64,000 nucleotides of DNA from Octopus vulgaris (taxonomy: Eukaryota): the NCBI GenBank assembly GCA_951406725.2, contig OX597825.1, forward strand, positions 60,450,001 through 60,514,000. Reading direction: 5' to 3'. The position numbers and the translations under genes are program-made. The notes under the pieces are model-generated. The model was not told the DNA's origin and did no database searches. It saw only the letters and a program-made list of their open reading frames with translations. This document shows positions 37,952-51,665 of the stretch, one piece after another. Position 1 is the stretch's first letter, and the number at the start of each line of letters is the position of its first letter.

Positions 37952-39867
37952 GAGAAGTGAGAAAGAGAGAGCTAGTAATAGGTAGATTGATAAATAGATA
38001 GTCGATAAAGAGAAAGAGATCGACTACAATATTCTCGTTAGGAATACATATGCGGGAGACAAGCGATACATAAATTGCTGATACATGAGTTAATATATAA
38101 ACTCATACACTATACACATAGTAAAAAATGTGAATGTAGGTGAAAAAATATAATACGCTGATTTCAGTTGGCACTATATATGATAACGAATCTTTTCGTA
38201 TGTAAGCCATCTCGGATTTGCATGTATTGATATGCATTCCCACATACACACATTCACATTTGTGTATGAGTGTATGCGACGCAGGTCCTAGTGCTTAAGG
38301 TGCTTGTTTCCGATTAGTATTCTGTCTGTTCAATTCCTGGTCTACCACCCGGGTGTCCTCTTGTGCTATAGACTTCATTTTCATTTCATTGGCTGTCTGT
38401 AGTGTTGTTTCATCAAGAAATTGTCCAAGTTTTCTGTCGTTCCCGCTTTCATTTCGTTGCTTCTTTCATACATTAATCAGTTTCGAATACTGAGTTGATG
38501 TAATTGTCTAATTCGTTGCACAAGATCTTGTCCTTAAAATTCAGTATGTTATTTAATCATTCCCAATGATATTTCTAGTTTCAATCCACCCTGGGTATAA
38601 ATTTCATTGTATGCTTTCGAAACATACAAAATAAGGTACTAGTGAAGTTGAAATAGTGAATATAATCGAGTGTATAGAATTCCCTCAAATTTTCCCCTCC
38701 TAAATTCCTTGTTTTCTGTCAATGTTAGAAAACGTTTTTCTTATTAATAATGTCAATTTGTAGAAAAAATATTTCGAATGAACGAGACGTGTAATCTCAA
38801 TGTTTTTTTCATTTTCTCCACTATCTCACGCCAAAAACATTATTTAACCTTTATTGGAACGTGTAGTCGTATTTTTTGTAACCTTCCCCCGTCGTTCACC
38901 CTCACAACAAACAAAAAAAATAAAACAGACAAGATTATAAATTGGAAAATGAGATATTCTAAAGATGTAGTGCTGTAATGTTACGTGGGAAAAGTTATTA
39001 AATCAAATGTTGATTAACTTGTAATTTCCATGAGTAAACTAGAAACAGTTTCTTTTAAAGGTAAGACAAGTAATTTTCGGTAGCAAATCTATTTTGGATT
39101 CATCAATAGAATTATTTTACTTACCGGATAAGTTTTATGTAAGTTGGAGACTATCCAAATCTCTATCGAATGTCTTATAAGAAGTTATTCTTTTGCGATC
39201 TTATAATAACTGATTTGCACTATTTGTTTTATCATCAACTAAGATAATTTGTTTCAATTGTAAATATTAGCTAGCTAAGTAATAGTCTAATTGAGTTTCG
39301 TCAATTTGTTGTGTCTGACAGTTTCTTAGAAACCTTATGAAGTTGTTTCAGTTCTCAAATATAAAGGGTTGTATTTTACACTATATTCGTATTTCATATT
39401 CATTGATATTTCGCCAAAAAGAAGTTTTTCGGTTGACAATATTTATAAAACTATTTTGTAAGATATTTAGGTGCTTAGTTCAGATCAGAGTAGTCTAATT
39501 CAATTTTCTATGGTACATCAACGCCAGTGTTTACTTTTGACAAGTTACCACGACTCTTTCCCTTTCACCTTTTGGTATCGTTATTTTTATTATTAGATTT
39601 TACAAATTTCAGCTCTCTTATATTAATGCTGTGCTAGAAAATCAAACATTAGTTGTTTGAGATTTGCAACCCTTTTACGTAAAAATTGATCGATAGAACA
39701 TATTATAAGTTAAAGATGATAAGGAGCTGAATTCTTCATAACAGGTTCATTTCCTGTACATAACAATTTTGCTCAATTTGCTAATATACCATATATAACA
39801 TGAACCCCATATGTTATTTAATTATTTACTTGTGTAGATTGCTTTTAAGATCACGTCCAAGTCTATG

Positions 39868-39929
<62 letters not shown>

Positions 39930-40165
39930 ATGTTTGTATGTTTTATGTATGTATAAGGGAATAGAGCATAGACTTGGATACGTAAGCGAAAAGAGGCGAC
40001 GAGAAGTTTCTATTTACTCTATATTTAGAATGAAAGAGTCTGTTGATAAATTCTGTTATTTAACCTTTACATTTTGGATAAGTTTTAGCCATCAAGAGAA
40101 AATAACGAAATATATGTTCAGTTTCGTTGCAGGTAAACATCGTCTATGAATAACAATATGGTATT

Positions 40166-40379
40166 ACTCTTTTACTCTCTTTTACTTGTTTCAGTCATTT
40201 GACTGCGGCCATGCTGGAGCTCCGCCTTTAGTCGAGCAAATAAACCCCGGGACTTATTCTTTGTAAGCCCAGTACTTATTATATCGGTCTTTTTTGCCGA
40301 ACCGCTAAGTTACGGGGAGGTAAACACACCAGTATCGGTTGTCAAGCAATGCTAGAGTGACAAACACAGACACACAAAC

Positions 40380-40421
<42 letters not shown>

Positions 40422-40594
40422 GCATATATACGACAGGCTTCTTTCAGTTTCCGTCTACCAAATCCACTCACAAGGCTTTGGTCGACCCGAGGCTATAGCA
40501 GAAGACACTTGCCCAAGATGCCACGCAGTAGGACTGAACCCGGAACCATGTGGTTGGTAAGCAAGCTACTTACCACACACCCACTCCTGCGCCT
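40166..40594 (-). mobile_element. CORE-like SINE, full length
   Basis: Reverse complement: ggcgcaggagtggg...ggttccgggttcagtcc...gcgtggcatcttgggcaagtgtcttc, internal (TA)n(TG)n, tail cagtcaaatgactgaaacaagtaaaagag. Confidence 0.92.
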
Positions 40595-41519
40595 ATGTTC
40601 AAGACTATAAAGTAGGGAATGTTTGCAACAATTAAAATATACGAGAATGAAATGAACGAAAAGTGGAAGGAATTTCTGCAATACGTATGCATTAATGAGA
40701 AGGATTCAACAACGGTTGAACAATTTTAAGAGACTGTTATTATGGCGACGGTAGAGCCATCATTTACAGCCTAACCGTAACAGGTTTAATTGCAACAGTG
40801 GGCTCAGATAGATACTCAGCTCAGTAGTGAGTCAGTAGCTGAAAATTTGTCGGGATATGATAAAGGGATTCCTTATGAAAGAGGATGCAGTCGTGTGTGT
40901 AAGTCAATTCATGAAGAATGCGATGACATAAATAGGATTTTGCTAGCCATCAATTGTCTTTCTTTAATTGCAAAAGAAGAAACGACAAAAATGAAATTCC
41001 AACTGATATGCGAAATTAAATGCAATTTCCCCACAAGTTCTATTATGTGACAATTAATACCGGGATTTATTCAACGGCAGGGTATTAAAGTGTGATCTTT
41101 TAAGTATTCCTCAATACAAGCTATCATTAACATTTAATACAGTTTTCATCCATCTAATATAGCTATGTCTCTTAATTAACAGCTTAAGCATTATAATAAG
41201 GATTTATTGAAGTCGTACTTCGATTAATATTATGAATATTTCACTATTACGTTTACCGATTAATCATTTGTCAGTATAGAAAAGAAAAAAGTAAAAAGGC
41301 TTGAAAGATAATTCCCTATTTTATTTACTATATTTGCTGTTTCCTTTAGGATATTGGGAACAAAATCTGTGAATATTAAATACGCAGTTAGGTTAAAAAA
41401 GAAATACACCCATTCAAAGAAGGAATTTAGTTACATAATTGTGTACTAATTACTTTCATTTCGAAATTACATATTCATACGAATAATGAGGTTATCTCTT
41501 TCTCTATGTGTATGTATGT

Positions 41520-41559
41520 CTGTACACACACACACACACACACACAGACACACACACAG

Positions 41560-41642
<83 letters not shown>

Positions 41643-41925
41643 TAAATATGTATATATATATATATATATATACATATTTATATATAAATATATATATATT
41701 TATGTATGTTTATATACATCTATGTATGAATACTTATATATAAATATATATATATATATATATTTATATATAAATATATATATATATATATGTTTATGTA
41801 TGTTTATATACATCTATGTATGAATACTTATATATATATATACATATATATATGTGTTTGTGTGTGTGTGTGTGTGCATGTGTATGCATGTATATATATA
41901 TATGTATGTATTTATGTATGTATAA
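41520..41925. repeat. Compound (AC)n/(AT)n block with an internal duplication of ~95 bp
   Basis: tttatgtatgtttatatacatctatgtatgaatacttatata occurs twice (~41699 and ~41793). Confidence 0.9.
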
Positions 41926-41968
41926 ATACAGACATACTCTCATACTTTCACAATAAATACAAATACAT

Positions 41969-42390
41969 AGGCACAGGCATGGCTGTGTGCTGAGAACCGG
42001 GAACCATGTTTAGTTCTCACGACACATGGTTCCGGGTTCAGTCCCACTGCGTGGTACCTTGGGCAAGTGTCTTCTACTATAGCCTGGGGCAGACCAAAGA
42101 TTTGCGAGTGGATTTGATAGACGGAAGCTGAAAGAAACATGCCATATACATATATATGTTTTACGTATCTATGTGTGTGTCTGTGTTTGTCGCTATCCCC
42201 ACTGCTACCTCTTGACGACCCATGATGGTGTCTTTATGTCTCCGTTACTTAGCGTTTCGACAAAAGAGACAGATTGAATAAGTACTTAGCTTACAAAGAA
42301 AAGTCCTGGGGTCAAGCTCTTCGACACTTTAAGGCGTTGCTCCAGCATTGCCGAAGTCAAATGACTGAAGCAAGTAAAGGAATAAAATAA
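41969..42390 (+). mobile_element. CORE-like SINE, diverged
   Basis: ggcacaggcatggctgtgtg...cacatggttccgggttcagtcccactgcgtggtaccttgggcaagtgtcttctactatagcct...agtcaaatgactgaagcaag. Confidence 0.88.
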
Positions 42391-43316
42391 TATATGAAGG
42401 TTAAGATATTGGGATAGCTTTAGCTTTTGAAAGTAGACGTTAACGAAATGGACAGATAATACATTCAGTGTTTGTTCGTGTCTCACAAGCTAAACTGCAC
42501 TACGCTGTGCCTTCTCCAGAAAACACTAAATTTAAATTACTACATAGTTCAACAATCCAGTTCCTGCGACTGTAATTAGTTACAGCGCGGTAGTACGGTT
42601 GGCTGAAATAAGCAGAATGTATAATTAATTAGTGGGTCGTCTACAATTTTAGTAGTTTCATCACTAAATTTTACTGCAAGTGAAGCAGTAGTCGAGAAAA
42701 CATTCCAATGCGTTCTCTCATGAAGCACAACATGAGGTGTAGTGCATATTTCAGAGTATAACAATATATTATTATTTCTGCTCAGCAGTTACATAGAAAT
42801 AATCCCCAACAAATATTACTTTCATTTTTAGATTTTATACCTCTAATATATATATTTTTAAAAAAATGAATATAACATTGTCATGATACCTACAGCATTC
42901 CTAGAATAATATTTGTCTTACTGAGAATTCCTAATAGAACTTATACGTATGGCTTTGGGCTTGCATCGGTGAAAGGCAAAACTGACCTCCAAATTTAAAT
43001 TGACGATTGAAAATCTAAAATATACAGCTTGAAGACAATTATTTAGACTCCCAACCATTTCAACAGAAGCTAAGCCCATTTCTTTATGAAGGATAATATA
43101 ACGGCATCACGAGATATTTTTATGTTTAAATGTCATTGTCGTAAAATAAAGACGATTGAAATAAGAAAAAAAAGAAAAACAAAGACAAAAACCATCTGAA
43201 TACTTTTCATTCTGTTTGAGCTTTAGTATTAAAACTCCATGATTTTTATAACAGACGTAAAACACACACACACACACATACATAAATGTCTATACACGCA
43301 CATATTTGTGTGTACA

Positions 43317-43364
<48 letters not shown>

Positions 43365-43528
43365 ATATATATAGTTATGTATACACGTAACTCTGCGTCT
43401 GTGTGTGCCTGGACATATGTGCGTGAGTACCTATACACAAACTCACAATCTCATTTGAGGTATTATCATTAAATCACTGTGAAGTTTCTAATAGGTATTA
43501 ACAGTATTTAGGTATGTATATTAGTATG

Positions 43529-43572
<44 letters not shown>

Positions 43573-43624
43573 TTTATGTGTATATATATATCTATATAAC
43601 TATATATATATATGTCTTTATGTG

Positions 43625-43670
<46 letters not shown>

Positions 43671-44240
43671 CATACATATACGCCTCTACGTATGCATATA
43701 AATATGCATATATAAATGCACATGTTTACCTATACACAAATATGTGTACGTCTGAGTGGTAGAGAGAAAGAGAGAGAGAGAGACAGAGAGACAGAGAGAG
43801 AGAGAGACAGAGTTCACAAGTACGATTGTTGGTTCTTCCAAGCTTCTAATTGTATCCATTGACTTGCGTGAAAACTGCCTATTAAGATTTCTAACGCGCT
43901 GGTCTTTATCTCTAACATAATTAACTTTACTTTTATTGATGCCCCAGAGAATTTTGGCTTTTATTGATCGACATTTTAACAACATATGTTAATTGGAAAA
44001 AATGTGTTTGTCGCCAGCTTAGTATTTATTGCAATAAGTCTGCGAACGCATCTTTAGATACAATGAGGTTTTTTAATTTACTTTTCTCTAGGAGCTGTCC
44101 CATACTAAAGACATCATTTTATATTATATTAATGTTTAAACGCAGTTTTATTTATGAAGAATCATGTATACTTGAATGTGGGTGCATGCATATGCATCTC
44201 TGATTCTCTCACTCTCTTTCTTCAAATATACAAGGGTATA

Positions 44241-44287
<47 letters not shown>

Positions 44288-45384
44288 GTACGTATGAATA
44301 TACGTATACATGTGTGTTATTTTTGTACTTAGCGTATTTAGAAAATTACGCGAATAAGAGGTCGCACTGAGAGACTGGCAGACAGACAGTTAGACATATA
44401 GATAGGTATATAGATAAACAGATAGATGTACAGAGGTGAGAGAAACAGACAGAGGGATGGTTAGATATGTTTGAGTGATACTCAAATGCTTGTAATTGTG
44501 TAGTAACTCTTTGATTCCGATTTTAAGAAAACTATGCAATTCATTATAATGATCTAAAAAGGAATTTGGAATCGAGTCTTTAGAAGTAATTTATATAATA
44601 GGGGAAATTTAGTTACTAACTTTAAAATGTGTACTTTGTCGTAGAACATATATTTTTGAAGTGCCCAGAGTTTCTGCTTTTATGAAACAAAACCGTGTAT
44701 ATACATATATATATTAGTAAAATATTTGAAAGAACCAGTTTGTCAATATGTTCTATACAGTTACTGAGAGGAATAGGGGTTGTTTTGAAGTATATGAGCA
44801 GAAATCACGATTAATGACGATCAAATCTTTGTAGATTTGATGATCCAAGATGTTTGAAATTCACATATGAAAATTTTCTTTTCTTTTCATATTTCATGAA
44901 AAAGTGTGCATCGTTAGTGTGTACATGAATACATAAGGTTCTAGTACCCGGCTTTCTATTGATGTTTTGAAATATTGCTATGTAATTATACGTGTGTTAT
45001 CTATTCCATAAAATAAATACAAAATGTTCGACCAATGATTTGTAGTTCATATTTTCTGAGGCTTCGAAGAAACATATTAGATCGTTCAAACTATTGGAAC
45101 AAAGCTACTGCAACAAAATTAGATTTAGAAATTAACAAATAAGATTATATACAATTCTTCGTAAAACGGAGAGTATTAAAAAAGACATTATGAACATAGC
45201 AGATTATGGACATTGTTGGTTTTTTTATTTAACCCCAGCGTAAACTGCTTCTATCAGACCTCTGATCGGTATCGTTACAGCAAGAAGAATTACTTATTGA
45301 GTCAGTGATAATGTATATGGCTCTACGTAATATTTTTTTTACTGAAGGCAAAAGAGCTGAAAATCAACAAGAAGGCGTCAGCCA

Positions 45385-46395
45385 TATCATCAATCCCAGT
45401 GTACAAAATGTACTTATTTTATCGACCCTGAAATGATGAGAGTCAACGTCGACCCCAGTAGAATATGAAACCACACCGTAAAGCCTGAACTTATGCTGCT
45501 ATGTATTCTGACGGCACCGTAACAATTCTGCCAGCTCACTACTTTCACCACTCTGTACTATAATGATTTCAAATCTTCGTACAGGACCAGCAGTTTTGGA
45601 TGAGAGAGGAAGGCGATTAAATCCCACTTCCTATTTGCCTGGTACTTATTGTATTGACCCCGAAAGAACGAAAGGCAATGTAAATCTCGGTGAAATTTGA
45701 ACTTACTACTAAAAGATGGAAGAAATAACTGCTAAACATTTTCTCCGACATGCTAACTGGCCTATCAGCTTGCTGCATTAACTACCTATGTAATAATGAT
45801 TTCCAGTTTTGGCACAAGGGTAGCAATTTTAGGGGAGGGGTTTACATCGACCCCAGTGTTCAAGTGGTACTTATGCCATCGACCCCGAAACGATGAAAGC
45901 AAAGTCAAACTCAAAACGTAAAGACAAATTAAGTGCCGGTAAGCATTTTTCCCGGCGTGCTCACCGCCACCTCACCGCCTTACATCTATATAATAATGAT
46001 TTCAAATTTTTGCTACAAGGGCAGCTTGTGGGAGGGGATTAAATCGATTACATGGACCCCTGTGCGTAACTGGTACTTAATTTAACGAGCCCTAAAGGAT
46101 GAAAGGCAAAGTCGACCTCGGCGGAATTTGAACTCAGAACGTAGCGACAGACGAAGTACCTATTTCTTTACTACCCACAAGGGGCTAAACACAGAGAGGA
46201 CAAACAAGGATAGACAAACGGATTAAGTCGATTACATCGACCCCAGTGCGTAACTGGTACTTATTTAATCGACCCCGAAAGGATGAAAGGCAAAGTCGAC
46301 CTCGGCGGAATTTGAACTCAGAACGTAACGGCAGGCGAAATACCGCAACGCATTTCGCCCGGTGTGCAAACGTTTCTGCCAGCTCACCGCCTTCT
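45385..46395 (-). mobile_element. Head-to-tail array of about five Meta-domain-like SINE units
   Basis: The atcgaccc(c)gaaa.gatgaaaggcaaagtc module recurs at ~45420, 45655, 45880, 46085 and 46270. Units are separated by taatgatttc(a/c)a tails. Confidence 0.85.
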
Positions 46396-46418
46396 AGAAG
46401 TAAGATATTACCGAATAA

Positions 46419-46635
46419 AAGGCGGTGAATTGGCAGAATGGTCACCAGGCCAGTAAAAATGCCTTGCGATATTTCGTCCGTCTTCACAATTTAAGTTCAA
46501 ATACGTCAGAGGTCGACGTTGTAGGTTATCTTTTCGGGGTCGATAAAATTCGTCAGAGTTGAGAACAGGGGTTAATGTAATCGTCTAGGCCCTGCCCCGA
46601 AACTTCTGGCCTTGTGCCATAATTTGAAATCAATA
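46419..46635 (+). mobile_element. Meta-domain-like SINE, inverted relative to the upstream array
   Basis: aaggcggtgaattggcagaatg...aagttcaaat...ttcggggtcgataaaat...ctggccttgtgccataatttgaaatc. Confidence 0.8.
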
Positions 46636-46877
46636 TGTTACAAAATGGGTCATTGTTCTTTCTTTTCTGCGTTACTCCTTTCTTCATGTTTTCAAGGTGA
46701 GTATATTGTTTAAGGGTGATTCGTCACCTATTTCTGTCAGTTGCTGTGACGATCGGAGTTATAATGTATCGAAGAAACATGTTTTTCAAACGTATGACTG
46801 GTTTCTCACTTACGTGTTAACCACCCTTGTAGCTATCTAGGATTGGCAGCTTAATTGATATTTCCTAAATATATATA

Positions 46878-46923
<46 letters not shown>

Positions 46924-46952
46924 TGTGTATGTGTGTGTATGTATATATGTAA

Positions 46953-46991
<39 letters not shown>

Positions 46992-47033
46992 GATATATAT
47001 GTGCGCGTGTGTATGCATGTGTGTATATATATG

Positions 47034-47064
<31 letters not shown>

Positions 47065-47479
47065 GTATTTATATATATATATACATATATATATAAATGC
47101 AGAGAGGGAGAGAGAATGGAGATGAGATAGATAGATAGGTATTTTATCATTCTTAGACAGGAGTGATACTACTGTTCGTGCTATTGTACAGCTTCACGGA
47201 AACGAGTTGGATGGAGAGGAATATATCTTGAATTTAGAAACATCGCTTGAATGCTTGTAACGGTGTAGACATTCACAAATACAGCTGGAGAACAAGGTAG
47301 TGGCGATAGTTTAAATTTTTTACTCAAATCAACCATTCTAGAATTAGTACTCAAAGTGCAAACAGCCAGAGCTAATATCACTCAGCTTCCACTCCGACGT
47401 GGCACCATCCCTTGCCCCGGAGTGGTATATGTTAATCAATCCCAAGATACTGAAAAGCAAATAAATAAATAGATATTTA

Positions 47480-47516
47480 GTTAGATAGATAAATAGATGG
47501 ATTGATAGATAGATTA

Positions 47517-47570
<54 letters not shown>

Positions 47571-47599
47571 GGATTGATTGATAGATAGATTAATAAACT

Positions 47600-47675
<76 letters not shown>

Positions 47676-47680
47676 TAGAT
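47480..47680. repeat. (GATA)n microsatellite
   Basis: Direct reading. Confidence 0.95.
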
Positions 47681-50170
47681 ATATAAATTTTTATATATCT
47701 ATTGCAGTGAGTCAATAACTCATATCGGTCTAATTATAGCTATAGTATTGGTGACATCTTCGTAAATTTCTGTATGTATGTGTTATGTAAATATATGTGG
47801 AGAAGGAATTGTTGTATTATATCCGATATGATGCTAGATATGACACTAGATATCTTAGAATAACTCTTGTGTAAATATTGTATATAGAAAAGTCAGCTAA
47901 CAATAGTTTACACTTTTCTATTCTGTCTCAGATAGCAAAACCGTAACACAGTTGAGAAAGGTTGCGAAAATTTTGTGAGAATTTCTGAAAAACGCATAAA
48001 ATATTCGTAACATATATCTTCACTCACAATCTGCACAGAAATATGCTATATAATTCAACGGTGAGTAAATCTATGTTGAAAATTGATTTGACATTCCTTT
48101 CGTTGGTATTTATCATATTTAAAACCCTCGAGGTGTATTGTTAAATATTTACAAGACGTTCAATGAAAAGGAATGAGAATCATTTGACAGATGCCAATTT
48201 CAAATCGTTAATTCTGACAATCATGTTTTCGTAACCTTTGCCATTGACGAAGTTATTTGATTAAATGTAAGATGTTTTTAATTCAGTGACCATTACGGTT
48301 TGTACATTTACTTACAAATATTTCAAAATTCTCAAAATATGCCACCTCTGTTTCTCTCATAAGAGTTGAAATATCAATTATAAAGGATTGTCCATTAACG
48401 GAGTGTGCAATGACGTTGATGAAAGTATGACCGAGATATATGTCTTATTTTAAATTGGTTTCAACCTCTCAACTGTATCTATTCGAGAACATTCGCAATG
48501 ATATCATCTATTGTGATGTTATAAATGCCAGACTTCTTTGTTTATGAATTTGTGCTGTGTGTCTTTAAGAGAATGCAGTATTAAAACCGTAGTAATAAGA
48601 ATGAAAACAATGTATAATAACTTCCATCGTTATATCATCATATACGTCGTATATTAAAAACTGAAATCACTCTATAATATAATCTCGTATGTGGAGTATA
48701 ATCTTGGAAGAAATAGTTCTTAAGTCTCTAAAATCATACCATAAAAAGGACATAATCTAAGATGATGTATTCCTAGATAATTTGAATTAGATAGATAGAG
48801 AGGGAGAGACAGAAAAAGAGAGAGAGAGAGTGGGGGAAGTGGTCAGGACTTGGATCGTCCTTCAGGACTTGCCTCGTCGAAATAACGTCAACACAGAGCA
48901 GAATCGATATCAATAAGGACGATGATGATGATTATAGCAGTCGAGAACCTCACAATTTTATATATAAGATGCACGGCTAAAAACGTATATAGTCGTAGGT
49001 TGAGTTGTTCATCGCTGATGTAGGCCTAATCAAACAAAGCCGCAAAGACATAAACAGGTATGTGGAGGAAAACTACATGTGATTGCTAAATGTTTGAATA
49101 ATATCAACCAAATCACTTGTGTTGCAAAAATTAAATGTGCATAACATAAGATACAGTACGTATGAAAATTAAAGACGAGATTTTCTATATGGTCAGAGTT
49201 TTAGTAGGAGCTAACCATCAACAATAACAGGAACACTAAAGGTTTAAAGATAAACACAGTTATTCAAATAGAAAGGATATCATTCATTCATCAGTATCAG
49301 CCAGTTATATCCGATCCATCACAAACGCTAAAGGTTACTTGTAGCGTTCACAGTTCACCAGTTCACCAGAATGTTCGCTTCCTTTACATCTATCATTGAA
49401 ATTGATTCGGCTGATAATTTTCTGTGCACCAAGTTTTCATGATTAAACACTGAAATTATTTAATGCATTCAGTGGCTTAACACCTCGTTAAATTAATTTG
49501 TGGTGCCGAAAATTTACGTATTTGATGAGCTGACGTTTTAGATGACGGCATGTTGTTTCTGGCAGAGTTAATTTACAACAAATTTTAGAGTAGAAAAACA
49601 AAAATGAAACAAAAGAAGCAAGAATATAAAAAAATAACGAAAAAAGACATGAATTTCGTCTCCTTAGTTACTGTTCAGAAACGTCTTGTTCCTGAAAAAG
49701 CAATATGAGCTAAATTTGTAACGTGGATAGCTAGTACTCATTTCAAATAATAAGCTCACACTAGATTTATAACGATTAAAGAGAGAAACAAATATCAAAG
49801 TGATAATATTCCTTGATGCTGCAACAATCTCTAGGTGTCAATGGATACATGGGTTCTGAGCTTGTAGAATGCGTCAATTAAGAGTGCATTCTATCACAGT
49901 ACTAAGATTTCCTAAGTAAACTAGGCAGATTCTTAATCTATTACGAGCTTCCAAACTAAAATTTTATGTGTGTGTGTATGCGTGTGCATGTGTTCGTGTG
50001 TGCGCGCATGATTCACACGCCTATTTCTATATATCTTTCTCACACTTCCGAGGTTACCTGCCGGATTTCATATCTAAAAGCGTGAATTATTAGTGGTTTC
50101 CATGATTTAATAAAAATTCAGCAAGAGTAGATACCGTCGATGAAACGACACAATTTCAACACTATTTATA

Positions 50171-50400
50171 TATATCTTTACTACCCACAAGGGGCTAAAC
50201 ACAGAGGGGACAAACAAGGACAGACATAGGTATTAAGTCGATTACATCGACCCCAGTGCGTAACTGGTACTTAATTTATCGACCCCGAAAGGATGAAAGG
50301 CAAAGTGACCTCGGCGGAATTTGAACTCACAACGTAACGCAGACGAAATACCGCTAAGCATTTCGCCCGGCGTGCTAACGTTTCTGCCAGCTCGCCGCCC
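50171..50400 (-). mobile_element. Young full-length Meta-domain-like SINE with 17-bp TSD
   Basis: tttcaacactatttata at 50154-50170 and 50401-50417 flanks a complete copy. Confidence 0.95.
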
Positions 50401-50552
50401 TTTCAACACTATTTATAGCAAACTCTAAAATGTTACAGCGCACAAAATAAACTGTATACGCGTTAGCATTTCGCTAAAACATTCATACCTTTCTGTGGTA
50501 AATACATATATGCTGGCGGAGGGAATTAGCCCATCATGCACCGTTCAAGACG

Positions 50553-50611
50553 TCCTCACTGACAATGTCTACAGTCATAGACGAAACTAGATATAGTCTG
50601 TTGTCTGAGGA
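50553..50611 (+). ncRNA. Type I hammerhead ribozyme, probably inactivated (G8>A and a 7-nt insertion)
   Basis: TCCTCA CTGACAA t GTCTA-cagtca-TAGAC GAAACTA-gata-TAGTC tgttgtc TGAGGA. Helices II and III are perfect, GUC triplet; the helix I partner is displaced by a gtctg duplication. Confidence 0.7.
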
Positions 50612-50803
50612 TCCTCGAGGCGGTCAAGGGGCAGTTGCCTCCCCTGTTAGCCTATGTGTATACGCTATGCGCTCCTCCTACAGCATTACAGTATTTTGAC
50701 TCTTATTTCTAGCAATGTCGATGCTCCGGCATCATAAGTCACAGTTACACTGCATTTTTCTTTTATGCCTATCACATTGTGTCTGGCTGTTTTATCCTAT
50801 ATG

Positions 50804-50850
<47 letters not shown>

Positions 50851-50891
50851 TTGTGTTCAACGTTTTTTTGATGTTCTGTACCCAAATATGC

Positions 50892-50936
<45 letters not shown>

Positions 50937-51487
50937 TATATGTAGGTATGTACATATATGTTTGTATGCATATATCTATATATTATTTATATTATTATAT
51001 GATCGAACCACACATTCTTTTCCAAGTAAGTTTTATCTTAATAATTACGATGTGCACTCTTCTGCCTTTACTATCTCTTCTCTGTCTATCTCTCTCCCTC
51101 TCTTGTACTTCATCCTTTCTGGTTTTCTCTCTCACCCTTCTCTATTCTTCTCCTCTCCTTCTCACCGTTCCCTCTCTCTCACTCCTCCTCGACTCTCTCG
51201 TCGCTGACATGTGACGAAATATAATCCCTCTTTCTGCTCACAACCTTCGAAAAGAAAAAAACGTGCCTATACTGTCTCCTTCATAAGCTCGTCTCCCTAA
51301 CGATCAGAATATTTTTCTATTGTCTCGGCTTAAACAACCTTCACCGTTCGTTTTTACAGTTTTGTTCTTACTGTCCTGTTCTTGTTAACACTTTCACCCT
51401 CCGCAAAAAATTCCAAATTTTATTTAATTTGCATTGCGAGAAGGACTGTTTCAACAAAGTCGCGTCTTGTCCTTGCCTTCCAAAATG

Positions 51488-51665
51488 TGGAGTAGTTGAA
51501 ACAGGGACAACTGAAGATGGGGAATATTGTTTATGTTGTATGTCTCGTTTCTCTGTGTTTTTCGTTGTTCATAAAAACGTTCGTTTCTATGGTTTTGTTT
51601 TTATGTTTACGTTTCTCATTGTGTTCAACGGTTTTTTGATGCCCTGTACCCGTATAAGCATGTAT
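51488..51665. repeat. Unclassified dispersed repeat associated with (AT)n
   Basis: tggagtagttgaaacagggacaactgaagatggggaatatt...ctcattgtgttcaacg...ctgtaccc. A homologue is at 53265-53440 and a partial copy at ~50848-50895. Confidence 0.8.

Noticed and set aside
40520-40594. tRNA-like sequence with A/B boxes
   Set aside because: SINE head; no complete cloverleaf, and it continues into the SINE body.
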